A DNA stretch of 64,000 nucleotides from Escherichia phage vB_EcoP_SU10. Below, piece by piece: positions 37,773-46,029 of this stretch. How positions within the stretch are numbered: the first letter of the stretch is position 1; every line of letters starts with the position of its first letter. The notes under the pieces were generated by a model that saw nothing but the letters and a program-made list of their open reading frames with translations, was not told the DNA's origin and ran no database searches. The translations under genes were made by a program, and so were the position numbers. Location of the stretch: sequence record NC_027395.1; one strand, written 5' to 3'.

Positions 37773-37945
37773 CGAGAGGTTCTTCCCCAATCTTTTACAT
37801 AGCATCGACCGTTAACCCACTTCGTCTCTGATTTAAACTCTTGAGACAATCTCATTTCACAGTCTTCTCTACTGGCATCTCCTCCGATATCAATCAGATA
37901 TAGGAATAGAGCTATACCTAAAGCCCAAAGAATTATCTTCTTCAT
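37769..37945 (-). CDS. small membrane protein (58 aa)
   Basis: Hand-translated MKKIILWALGIALFLYLIDIGG... (N-terminal TM). ATGA-coupled at both ends. Confidence 0.45.
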   Translation of the reverse strand: MKKIILWALGIALFLYLIDIGGDASREDCEMRLSQEFKSETKWVNGRCYVKDWGRTSR

Positions 37946-38334
37946 CGAATCACCAAAGGCTCTTCAGAGTACACAGGAGCGGCTATTTCTACAGGAGGTG
38001 CTGCCCTAAGGTCATTAAGTCTTACACCCTTCAGCATCCCATCTAGGTGGTCTTTCTTAGGGATTCCAACAGGGAAGTCGTCAATCCAGATATCTACAAA
38101 GAAACCTAACTGGCGACATACGTCATCTTTCTGAACACCATTACAAAAGATGACAGGGATTTGCAGAGTCTCTGCATCATAGAGGATATCCACGTTATCA
38201 TAACCATTAGGCTCTGAGAAACGGAAAGTCACGAATCTTACATCATGTCCATACCCTTTCATCAAACCTATCACATCTCTCCACAGTCGTCTGTCTGCTG
38301 TGTAAGTGTCATCATAATCTAAACCAATATTCAT
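37942..38334 (-). CDS. HAD-superfamily hydrolase-like protein (130 aa)
   Basis: ATG at 38334 with an AAAGGA SD gives MNIGLDYDDTY, with the DxDxT motif at the N-terminus. The TTG at 38352 was rejected because it abuts the terminator. Confidence 0.5.
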   Translation of the reverse strand: MNIGLDYDDTYTADRRLWRDVIGLMKGYGHDVRFVTFRFSEPNGYDNVDILYDAETLQIPVIFCNGVQKDDVCRQLGFFVDIWIDDFPVGIPKKDHLDGMLKGVRLNDLRAAPPVEIAAPVYSEEPLVIR

Positions 38335-38350
38335 GTCAAATCCTTTAGAC

Positions 38351-38373
38351 AAGAAAAGCCGCCCGAAGGCAGC
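38351..38373 (-). terminator. rho-independent terminator (minus strand)
   Basis: Minus-strand GCTGCC-ttcg-GGCGGC followed by TTTTCTT, 8 nt after the stop at 38381. Confidence 0.6.
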
Positions 38374-38380
38374 TTCTTAT

Positions 38381-38557
38381 TTAACTATTTACTTTAGCTT
38401 CAAGTGTTTCGTTTTCAATACTCAAGTCAATCACTACACCAGTAAGCCCAACGACTGCTTGGCGAAGGGCGTCTTTACCCATAGAGTGTACTTGAGATAA
38501 GAAGAAAGCTTTACCTTCTTCAGTGGATAGGGTTTCTTTTAATTCAGAAGCAGTCAT
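38381..38557 (-). CDS. hypothetical small protein (58 aa)
   Basis: Hand-translated MTASELKETLSTEEGKAFFLSQVH... AAGGA SD. Followed by a terminator. Confidence 0.45.
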   Translation of the reverse strand: MTASELKETLSTEEGKAFFLSQVHSMGKDALRQAVVGLTGVVIDLSIENETLEAKVNS

Positions 38558-38566
38558 TGATATTCC

Positions 38567-38734
38567 TTATGTTATGTTATAAATTCGCATGATTGTACCA
38601 CCATTGGCTTCAATAGCAGCAACCATTTGGTTTCGTTCTTCATCCGTGTAAACTAACACACTTCTAAACTCGCCTGTTGCATCAGTATAAAGGATGTTAT
38701 ATTTTGGAGGCGGTTTACGGTAAATACCTTCCAT
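38567..38734 (-). CDS. hypothetical small protein (55 aa)
   Basis: ATG at 38734 (MEGIYRK...) with a GGAGAAAGAG SD. Confidence 0.45.
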   Translation of the reverse strand: MEGIYRKPPPKYNILYTDATGEFRSVLVYTDEERNQMVAAIEANGGTIMRIYNIT

Positions 38735-38853
38735 CACTCTTTCTCCTCTCGTTCTTTCCACAGTTCGGCTAGCTCTAGATAGAACTCAGCCTCATCAGGA
38801 CGACCTTGTTCATTACAGATGGCGCTCTGACGATAACACCAATCCGATGGCAT
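38734..38853 (-). CDS. hypothetical micro-protein (39 aa)
   Basis: Hand-translated MPSDWCYRQSAICNEQGRPDEAEF... Its stop overlaps the next start. Confidence 0.3.
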   Translation of the reverse strand: MPSDWCYRQSAICNEQGRPDEAEFYLELAELWKEREEKE

Positions 38854-38917
38854 CTCTTCCACTTCAATCTCCTTGTTACGAACCAATCAATAAGAATAGT
38901 TCATTCGTCTTATTTAT

Positions 38918-39109
38918 TCACTCTACCAATGCAGGTACTTCTATCCGTTTAACTGTGAATGTCTTGTTTGGAAACTTTCGAACTAGCTCTGCTGCTTTGG
39001 TTATTGCTAAGTTCTCTGTCTCAAAGATACACAGTTGACCATTTAATGCTACGAGAGTGGAGCCACCACTGAAGACGGCCCAAGATTCATAATAACCACG
39101 AACACTCAT
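38918..39109 (-). CDS. hypothetical protein (63 aa)
   Basis: ORF track. ATG at 39109 overlaps the upstream TGA. Confidence 0.5.
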   Translation of the reverse strand: MSVRGYYESWAVFSGGSTLVALNGQLCIFETENLAITKAAELVRKFPNKTFTVKRIEVPALVE

Positions 39110-39474
39110 CACTCAACCTCAATACTATATAGAGTTTTCAGTGTATCTTTAATCCAAGCCCGTCGTTTTGGATTCTTATGATGTGCCCCGTTTTCCCTAT
39201 CTCTAAAATATTGATCACATCCGAATGGGTATGTTGGGTCCAAAAACTTTTCTTGATTAAACATATTCTTCATGTCGTCAATATCTAAATGCTTTGTGAA
39301 ATAGTAATACCTCTTATAACAGCGAAAGTTGAAGCATAATCCGTGATCTTCACTAAACCATTTTGGATAAATTCCAGTCTTAGTTATTTCATAATATTGG
39401 AGGAGGAAATCCTCCATCCCCCTCTCTTTAGCTAAACATCTCAATGTTCTGTAGATGATATTGGTTTCTTTCAT
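39109..39474 (-). CDS. hypothetical protein (121 aa)
   Basis: ORF track. ATG at 39474 with an AAGGTGA SD. Confidence 0.55.
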   Translation of the reverse strand: MKETNIIYRTLRCLAKERGMEDFLLQYYEITKTGIYPKWFSEDHGLCFNFRCYKRYYYFTKHLDIDDMKNMFNQEKFLDPTYPFGCDQYFRDRENGAHHKNPKRRAWIKDTLKTLYSIEVE

Positions 39475-39482
39475 CACTCACC

Positions 39483-41327
39483 TTAGTGTGTATGCATCCA
39501 GTTAAGTCCAATCTGACAATCAGATGCCAGAGGACATTCCATGTTCAGATACTCGCCAGCTTTCTTAACACAAAGCTCAGTGTGCTCTTTGAGTTTCTGT
39601 ACATCATTACGGTTTACTGAGAATTGACCTTCATCGTGCATATCAATTACCTTAGCACAACGAACCTTATCTTTCTCAATCCACTTGTTAAGGAACATCA
39701 TAGCATATTTCATAACAACAGCACCAGCACATTGCAGGAGTGTGTTAAGGGCTTTATGAACCATAACCTTACCAGTGGCATCCCGTCTCATTGTAATCTT
39801 ACGACCATCAACTCCAATCAAGTATCCTTGAGCAGCTTTCTCTGTCATACGATCAATGAGGATTGCAATACATGGGTTCTCTGCTAAGAAACGTGCTCGC
39901 ATCACTGAACCTTCGTCAGCCCCACCACCTACAATTGAACCAAGCTTAGCATCGCCAGCACCGTAGTTGAATGCATAGATAAACGTTTTAGCGTTGTCAC
40001 GAGTAGGAAGACCAGCAAGTTTCTGGTTATGGGAGTGGATATCACCTTCAAGGAGAATATCACGATACATAATAGCAGAAGCTAAACCACGTTCTGCCAG
40101 AGCTTTCTTAGCTGGGTTGTTCTCTTCTATTGCCTCAGCAAGCATATCCCTACACTCTTTAATGAGGTAGTGAGCTAGCATACGAAGTTCAAGTCCAGAA
40201 CCATCATACCCTAAGAACACTTCTTTACCAGCGGGTATGTAATATTTGTAAGCACCTATAGGTTTGTCTTTCTTCCCCGGCTTACCTTTCTCGTAAATTA
40301 CGTTAGTACCTTTTCGTATATAACAACCATCAGGAACAACGTTAGTAATAACGAAAGGACGAGAGTGATCACTGTCTGAGTTATAGTCAGACTCAAACAA
40401 ACTGCGACACTCGTGACCAAACAGACCACGGGAGGGAATATTAACCACGATACGATGTTTGAATCGAAAAGTCGGCGTAGCGCAGCTGTTAGCTTCTGCC
40501 GAAAGTTTACCATCTTCGCGTTCCTTTGCTATAAGTCCACTGATAAGACCTAGCCTGTGAGCCGCTACAACGCGTCTCTTAAGCAAACTTCCGACACTCC
40601 CTAGCTCACCCCCTAACCCTTCTTCAAGAGTCTCCTCGAGGTTTGTAGGAGCTGTAGGCCACTTGTTTGATGTGGCTAGTGCTTTCTTAATCTCATCAAA
40701 CGTTACAGGATTACGGCGATTAGGGTTCAACCCCAAACCAAATACGTAAGCCTTCATGTAATTCTTAGTCTTAAACCTGAAATGCTTTTCTAAGAACTTC
40801 TTAATATCAGCGTCAACCATCTCGGCTGTCTGCTTCTGCTTAGCATTGCCTCGCATCCAAGCAGTATACCATGCTTGGTATGTTCCATACTTTCTCATAT
40901 CTTTCTTAATTTCGAAAGTATTCCAAGGCTTCTTAGACACGTTAAACTCTGGAGGAAGAAAGCCCTCATCCATAAGAGCTTCTTTAACTCGTGCATCTTT
41001 CGATGGGTCAAAGTCTACGTATTCAACACAGGTGAAAGCTCCACCAATATCTTCTCTCTTCAGCCCAACCCTATCACAATAGGCTTGAGGCCACTTCTGT
41101 AAAGCTCCAGACTTCTTAAACGGCTTCATGTAAGTAGAGCCGTCTAATCTCATCTTAGGTAAGAGAGGAATCAACTCTCTGTCAATATTAACAATAATCT
41201 CTTTAAGGAGGTGAACATACCACCGAGCATTTCTTCGGTTGAAACTCACTCCGTGCTTTGCTTGCTTAGAGATTATATCAGCGACAGTCATCTCTGTCAA
41301 AAATGGAAGAGCGTCCGGGTTGCTCAC
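39483..41327 (-). CDS. family-A DNA polymerase, polymerase domain only (614 aa), GTG start
   Basis: Motif A YDGSGLELRMLAH, motif B RDNAKTFIYAFNYGAG, motif C VIDMHDEGQF. No exonuclease motifs in this ORF. Confidence 0.9.
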   Translation of the reverse strand: MSNPDALPFLTEMTVADIISKQAKHGVSFNRRNARWYVHLLKEIIVNIDRELIPLLPKMRLDGSTYMKPFKKSGALQKWPQAYCDRVGLKREDIGGAFTCVEYVDFDPSKDARVKEALMDEGFLPPEFNVSKKPWNTFEIKKDMRKYGTYQAWYTAWMRGNAKQKQTAEMVDADIKKFLEKHFRFKTKNYMKAYVFGLGLNPNRRNPVTFDEIKKALATSNKWPTAPTNLEETLEEGLGGELGSVGSLLKRRVVAAHRLGLISGLIAKEREDGKLSAEANSCATPTFRFKHRIVVNIPSRGLFGHECRSLFESDYNSDSDHSRPFVITNVVPDGCYIRKGTNVIYEKGKPGKKDKPIGAYKYYIPAGKEVFLGYDGSGLELRMLAHYLIKECRDMLAEAIEENNPAKKALAERGLASAIMYRDILLEGDIHSHNQKLAGLPTRDNAKTFIYAFNYGAGDAKLGSIVGGGADEGSVMRARFLAENPCIAILIDRMTEKAAQGYLIGVDGRKITMRRDATGKVMVHKALNTLLQCAGAVVMKYAMMFLNKWIEKDKVRCAKVIDMHDEGQFSVNRNDVQKLKEHTELCVKKAGEYLNMECPLASDCQIGLNWMHTH

Positions 41328-41343
41328 TTTATACTCCTTTAAA

Positions 41344-41757
41344 TTATTGGTAAAGTAAATCTGTAAATGCTTGGTTATCTTCTACTACATCCAATGATGT
41401 GGAATCAACAGCATATGACCTCATTGCTGCATTTGTTTGTGCCCAAGTAGATGGAGAATAAGAAGACCTAATCTCACGAGGCTGCTCTCGTACCAGATGG
41501 GCCACAACCCTCTGATTAGCAACTTCTTCTCTTTCTCTGATAGCTCTCTGAATGTAGGCCAGCTTCATGCCCCAAGCTTCTTCAAACTCTTGAGGGTGTT
41601 TATCACTGATAACCACATATTGACGTTCAGGAATACCAGAGCGAATTTCTGACAATAATTCATGGAACAAATCCAGTTCGTGCTCAGTGAGATTCATTTC
41701 GATATCATCCCACTTGAGAACTAAGAAACGGTTTTGGTGTCTAGCTGGTAATGGCAT
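41344..41757 (-). CDS. hypothetical protein (137 aa)
   Basis: ORF track, AAGAGG SD. Confidence 0.55.
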   Translation of the reverse strand: MPLPARHQNRFLVLKWDDIEMNLTEHELDLFHELLSEIRSGIPERQYVVISDKHPQEFEEAWGMKLAYIQRAIREREEVANQRVVAHLVREQPREIRSSYSPSTWAQTNAAMRSYAVDSTSLDVVEDNQAFTDLLYQ

Positions 41758-41760
41758 AAC

Positions 41761-42045
41761 TCAACCTCTTGGGAATGGCATCAAAAATTCCACAGCAGAT
41801 TTAATTTCATTATTGATTCTTGAATCACGATAAGAGATAAACTTACCTTTGCTATCACGTAACATCACATTAGTTCTGGCTGTTTTGTGAGGGAGTAATG
41901 TGACACTAGTTGGAATAGCATCAACCCCTACAGCGTATTTGTCAATAGTCTTACTTTCAGCCAACAGATAAGACCAAGTACGCGGTTTCTGCTCCGGGCG
42001 GTTAGGGTATGTGTCCCGAATCTGAACCATAGCTAACTTATTCAT
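41761..42045 (-). CDS. hypothetical protein, paralogue 2 of a tandem pair (94 aa)
   Basis: Shares TARTNVMLRDSKGKFISYR...AVEFLMPFPRG with the neighbouring gene. Confidence 0.55.
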   Translation of the reverse strand: MNKLAMVQIRDTYPNRPEQKPRTWSYLLAESKTIDKYAVGVDAIPTSVTLLPHKTARTNVMLRDSKGKFISYRDSRINNEIKSAVEFLMPFPRG

Positions 42046-42046
42046 A

Positions 42047-42301
42047 TTAAACTCCTTTAGGGAATGGGATGAGATTTTCTACTGCAACACGGAAAGATTT
42101 TTCTACGTTCTTATTCTTATAAGAGATAAATTTTCCATCAGCTCCTCGAAGGAGTACGTTAGTGCGAGCTGTATTTGGGGTTTGTTGAATCATAGAACGA
42201 ATGATGTTCTCTGAACCTCTATGCTTATTGGTGAATTTCCAACTGATAGTTTTACCGGTACGAGATACATCAATAATATTTACAATTTTTACAATAGACA
42301 T
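42047..42301 (-). CDS. hypothetical protein, paralogue 1 of a tandem pair (84 aa)
   Basis: TARTNVLLRGADGKFISYK...AVENLIPFPKG. Confidence 0.55.
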   Translation of the reverse strand: MSIVKIVNIIDVSRTGKTISWKFTNKHRGSENIIRSMIQQTPNTARTNVLLRGADGKFISYKNKNVEKSFRVAVENLIPFPKGV

Positions 42302-42333
42302 ATTTATTACCTAAGAAATTTAATTTGGTTTAT

Positions 42334-42364
42334 ATAAAAGAAAAGGCCACCTGATTAGGCAGCC
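42334..42364 (-). terminator. terminator-like hairpin (minus strand)
   Basis: Minus-strand GGCTGCCT-aatc-AGGTGGCC (two G-U pairs) followed by TTTTCTTTT, after the stop at 42371. Confidence 0.5.
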
Positions 42365-42370
42365 TTTGTT

Positions 42371-42664
42371 CTAGAGACGAAGCCAAGTTTGATAGTCAGC
42401 TTCAGTGTAATGGTTGTTTCGAGAGTTGTTTTTCATTTCCTTGAGAGTAGCTCTCAGGTCAATGTTATGCTCTCTCCTTGTTCTATTCGGGTCTGTATCT
42501 TCTAATAGATGTGAGTGATCACTACAAGAGTAGTGCTTATAGTGGTCCCTGTATCCTCTACTTGGAGAATACTTGGTCATTAAAGTTGCAACTCTTTTTA
42601 CACCCTCTGCTTTACAGAATTTACAATAAGTGTGAATTGTACATCTTTTTGTTTCTGCTGACAC
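42371..42664 (-). CDS. hypothetical Cys/His-rich protein (97 aa)
   Basis: ORF track. CTIHTYCKFCK...HYSCSDHSH. Confidence 0.5.
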   Translation of the reverse strand: MSAETKRCTIHTYCKFCKAEGVKRVATLMTKYSPSRGYRDHYKHYSCSDHSHLLEDTDPNRTRREHNIDLRATLKEMKNNSRNNHYTEADYQTWLRL

Positions 42665-42674
42665 TATAACCTCT

Positions 42675-42989
42675 TTATGAGCTTAAAGCTCCTTTGCGTG
42701 CTCCAGCTGCTTTTCCAGCTCGATCACCACTTTTGCCGCCGTTTGAACGGTTTGAGCTGACTGATTCAACACGTAAGTTGCTTGACGCATTAGAGCCTCC
42801 AGACTTGACAGCTCGTTTGTGTCCAACGTCTTTACCTCTGACAGCAGCTTTTCCATCGCGCTTTTCAACGATGCGACGTGCACGGTGGCGCTGAGCATCT
42901 CCGCTCTTGCTCCCAACGCCTGTCTCACCACGGGCAATTGCGGTACGTCTTTCTTGTGCATAATCTCTCTTTCCTACATGATCTGCCAT
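42675..42989 (-). CDS. hypothetical basic R/K/G/S-rich protein (104 aa)
   Basis: Strong AAGGAG SD. TAATGTATA motif 36 nt upstream. Almost completely overlapped by a second same-strand ORF (42683-42961). Confidence 0.5.
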   Translation of the reverse strand: MADHVGKRDYAQERRTAIARGETGVGSKSGDAQRHRARRIVEKRDGKAAVRGKDVGHKRAVKSGGSNASSNLRVESVSSNRSNGGKSGDRAGKAAGARKGALSS

Positions 42990-43025
42990 TTAAAACTCCT
43001 TAATATATCAGTGTACACTAAGGAG

Positions 43026-43034
43026 TATACATTA
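43026..43034 (-). promoter_or_regulatory. TAATGTATA motif on the minus strand
   Basis: Plus-strand tatacatta, in the intergenic gap between phoH and the 104-aa gene. Confidence 0.5.
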
Positions 43035-43045
43035 TAAGTTACTGT

Positions 43046-43783
43046 TTAAGCTTTCTTTTCCATTGCTTTAACAATCGCCTTACAGAAACCAGAACGAACA
43101 ATGTCATCCGATTCTCCGTCTACAATCTCAGCGAACTCATACAGATCATGTTCATCAATAAAGTTAGTAGCCCAAGTAAGACCACTCTCACGACCACGCA
43201 TATCATGCTGGTTTGTATCACCCATACAGAACAATTGAGAGGTTTCTCCCAATCGAGTCATGATGGAGAAGGCTTCATCCTTAGTTGTGTTCTGGAACTC
43301 ATCTACGATAACAATGGCATCATTGAAAGAGCGACCACGGAGATATTCCAGAGGTACAAATTCAATGTTACCATTTCCGATTTGGCATTCATAGAATCCC
43401 TTACCATATCGCTGAGTAATAACATCAATGATAGGCATCAGGTAAGGTTCAAACTTCTCACGCATTCCTCCCGGAAGTAACCCAAGAGAGTTTCCCATGC
43501 CAACCGAAGGGCGACTCAGAATGATCTTCTGAATCTTACCACTTTTCAGTGCATCGATAACCGTGGAAGTGATTACAAAGGTCTTACCACAGCCCGCAGG
43601 AGCGTCTGTGAACACAACTTGTTTAGTCTTAATAGCATTGAGTAGCTCAGACTGAAACTGGTTCTGAGGGACTACAGGCTTTGCTAAAACCACCTCTTCA
43701 TACTCTCGCTTACCCTTACGAGTAACAAGTGCTTCCCGACGAAGGTCTTTCCGTGATTCTTTCCGTGATTGACGACGACTCAT
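43046..43783 (-). CDS. phoH: PhoH-like ATPase (245 aa)
   Basis: Walker A APAGCGKTF, Walker B IVIVDEFQN, and overall PhoH-like layout. Confidence 0.85.
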   Translation of the reverse strand: MSRRQSRKESRKDLRREALVTRKGKREYEEVVLAKPVVPQNQFQSELLNAIKTKQVVFTDAPAGCGKTFVITSTVIDALKSGKIQKIILSRPSVGMGNSLGLLPGGMREKFEPYLMPIIDVITQRYGKGFYECQIGNGNIEFVPLEYLRGRSFNDAIVIVDEFQNTTKDEAFSIMTRLGETSQLFCMGDTNQHDMRGRESGLTWATNFIDEHDLYEFAEIVDGESDDIVRSGFCKAIVKAMEKKA

Positions 43784-43965
43784 TTACGCTCTCCAATTTC
43801 TTCGTAATGACACTCAGTAGTTAAACAGTCTTTACAGATTGCTGTATAAACCCTGACGTTAGTAAATCGTTTGTTCTTCCCTTTGGTTGGAGAGCCTTTG
43901 GCAAGCTCTCTGATAATCTTGTTACTTAAATGAAGGTTTGTTCCTTCGCATTTAGAGCACTTCAT
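43780..43965 (-). CDS. small zinc-ribbon protein (61 aa)
   Basis: CSKC...CKDC pairs. ATGA coupling. Confidence 0.5.
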   Translation of the reverse strand: MKCSKCEGTNLHLSNKIIRELAKGSPTKGKNKRFTNVRVYTAICKDCLTTECHYEEIGERK

Positions 43966-44281
43966 GGTTCATATCTTTATGAATCCTGTAAACAGCTGTC
44001 GCCATACAAGCAACAGCCTCATTGTGTGGGAGATGCATTCCTGTAGAACCATCCCAATCTTTGAACTCATTGTCAAAGACTCCGGTAGGCTCTGGATACA
44101 GAGCTTGCAGCTCCACTAGATCATTAGCAACTTGTTGCCATTTATCATCAGACCAGATAGGGTCATCCAACCAGTAATACAAATAGGAATGGATGATCAA
44201 TTGCCTTCTATGCCGATTGATTACTTCAGCGGGACTTATTTCACTTCCATTTGAAGTCCTAAATGTATTACTGTCAATCAT
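43952..44281 (-). CDS. hypothetical protein resembling NAD-dependent ligase domain Ia (109 aa)
   Basis: HSYLYYWLDDPIWSDDKWQQVANDLVELQALYPEP parallels the LigA N-terminal pattern H..YY..D.P..SD..YD.L...L..LE...PE (from memory). Confidence 0.4.
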   Translation of the reverse strand: MIDSNTFRTSNGSEISPAEVINRHRRQLIIHSYLYYWLDDPIWSDDKWQQVANDLVELQALYPEPTGVFDNEFKDWDGSTGMHLPHNEAVACMATAVYRIHKDMNHEVL

Positions 44282-44463
44282 TTCACAACCTTAAATTTGA
44301 ATGTTGTTGGGTGATAATAATGCAATCTATTGATAGTGTGTTTTGTTTCAAGATATATCCTGCAAGAGTGGCACATGACATGGGTCAGACCAGTTACAGG
44401 ATTAGGTTTAAAGTTGGCGACAGTCTTCTCTTTATTACAGAAGCTACAGACTTTCTTTTCCAT
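44278..44463 (-). CDS. small zinc-finger protein (61 aa)
   Basis: ATG at 44463 with a GGAGAAAAG SD. CSFC...CHSC. Confidence 0.45.
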   Translation of the reverse strand: MEKKVCSFCNKEKTVANFKPNPVTGLTHVMCHSCRIYLETKHTINRLHYYHPTTFKFKVVK

Positions 44464-44677
44464 CTTTTCTCCAGTGGTCAACGAATTGCTGAAACACTTT
44501 ACGATCAAATGTGAAATTACGAGCAATTCCGCATTCTCTAAAAGTGGCAGGCATATAATCTACATCACCTTCAGATGTATGACCATAGACTTGAATAAGC
44601 TTCTTAATCTTATCTTTCTCTCTTCGAGGAAGCATTCTAAATGCCTCCTGAATATCTGTAATATGTTTTATCTTCAT
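44444..44677 (-). CDS. hypothetical protein (77 aa)
   Basis: ORF track. Confidence 0.5.
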   Translation of the reverse strand: MKIKHITDIQEAFRMLPRREKDKIKKLIQVYGHTSEGDVDYMPATFRECGIARNFTFDRKVFQQFVDHWRKDGKESL

Positions 44678-44689
44678 AAGGAATTCCTG

Positions 44690-44824
44690 CTAATCCTCTG
44701 AGTTGTGGGAACAGCAATATTCACATACTCCGCAACATGGACAAATTTCTACACTTGGGTCATATGCATCATCAACTGTCATCCCACACTTGGTGCAGAA
44801 CACATCGTCATCTTCTTCCAACAT
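44690..44824 (-). CDS. Cys-rich micro-protein (44 aa)
   Basis: Hand-translated MLEEDDDVFCTKCGMTVDDAYDPSVEICPCCGVCEYCCSHNSED. TAATG coupling and a GGAGA SD. Confidence 0.4.
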   Translation of the reverse strand: MLEEDDDVFCTKCGMTVDDAYDPSVEICPCCGVCEYCCSHNSED

Positions 44825-45072
44825 TAATTCTCCAAACAAGAATCATTCATCAGTAGCTCCAAACTATCAAGTGTGTAGTAATAACCAAAGAATGGGGCTG
44901 TTGACTTGGAAACCTTTTTATCAAAAAGAGATTGAGAAAGATTTATTTCTACTCCAGCATCTTCAAGCTGTTGTTTTGTGGGGTATGTAATGAAAGAGCA
45001 AAGCACTTCTGTGTACTCCCCTCTGTCTGTCTCTTCAACACGACTCAGAATCCAAATACTTTTACTAGCCAT
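44824..45072 (-). CDS. hypothetical protein (82 aa)
   Basis: ORF track, GGAGAG SD. Confidence 0.5.
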   Translation of the reverse strand: MASKSIWILSRVEETDRGEYTEVLCSFITYPTKQQLEDAGVEINLSQSLFDKKVSKSTAPFFGYYYTLDSLELLMNDSCLEN

Positions 45073-45073
45073 T

Positions 45074-45730
45074 TTAACTCTCCAAAGTTTTCTTCAGAGC
45101 TGCCCACGAGATTGGGTAGAGTTTAGCCATCTCTTCATCTAGAGATTTAGCAAACACTCGAACTTCATATTGAGCGTGAGAGGAGAGTCGCTGACGGCAC
45201 AACTCAAACCAGCCATACAAAGAACCAGTCCACACCCACTCAGTGATCATCCCCTGAGGAAGAACAAATCGAGCTTGCTCTGGTGCAATAAATTCAATCA
45301 ACTTGTCATATGCTGCTAGAGAAGCTTCATATGCATCGTTAATCAGCATTAATGCTTCAGCTCGCTCTCCGTCGATGAGTTGAATCCCTGAACCTGCATG
45401 GAGGTCCGAAGGTCTCGCAAAAATCTCTTTAGGGATGAAGACTTCAACTGCTCCATCTTTATACCGCCGGGACATTTCGTTCCACGAGAATCCAACCTGA
45501 TGCTTGCCCAGCTGTCTCGCAATTGCGATAGGTGCTTTGCATCGGAAACTGACTTGCGGGTGTCGGAATGGGGTAACATGCCTCTCTCTTGCGAGGAAGT
45601 TGATGAGACGTTCATCACGTTCATTTAAATCACCTTCACGGGTTACGCCAAAGGAAACTCGAGCTGCGTTTACTACGCTACGATCACTTCCCATAGCTTC
45701 GATTAATGTTGCTTGTAGTTGTTCATTCAT
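45074..45730 (-). CDS. thyX: flavin-dependent thymidylate synthase ThyX (218 aa)
   Basis: VTPFRHPQVSF and SWNEMSRRY match the ThyX signature (RH...S....S.RY). Confidence 0.8.
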   Translation of the reverse strand: MNEQLQATLIEAMGSDRSVVNAARVSFGVTREGDLNERDERLINFLARERHVTPFRHPQVSFRCKAPIAIARQLGKHQVGFSWNEMSRRYKDGAVEVFIPKEIFARPSDLHAGSGIQLIDGERAEALMLINDAYEASLAAYDKLIEFIAPEQARFVLPQGMITEWVWTGSLYGWFELCRQRLSSHAQYEVRVFAKSLDEEMAKLYPISWAALKKTLES

Positions 45731-45745
45731 CCGTGAATATCCTTA

Positions 45746-46021
45746 TTACTTATTTCTCAGGGCTGTGTCCAAAAATGCTTTCAGGTTTGCTTCAGTCTGC
45801 ATACCGGAGAGGCTGTAGTGTGCACCACTGTTACGGTCAGGCACAACAAAAGCAGGGATGCTTCGTACACCATACTTAACAGCTTGTTCACGACCATCAC
45901 CTACAAGGATGTTAATCTCTTCCACTTCTACATCAAACTCCTTAACAACCTTCTCAAAGGTAGGAGCCATTGCTTTACATGGAGCACACTGATCACTATA
46001 AAACTTAATTACTTTAGACAT
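45746..46021 (-). CDS. thioredoxin (91 aa)
   Basis: CAPC active-site motif in a thioredoxin-sized protein, with the cis-Pro context SIPAFVV. Confidence 0.8.
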   Translation of the reverse strand: MSKVIKFYSDQCAPCKAMAPTFEKVVKEFDVEVEEINILVGDGREQAVKYGVRSIPAFVVPDRNSGAHYSLSGMQTEANLKAFLDTALRNK

Positions 46022-46029
46022 GTAAATCC

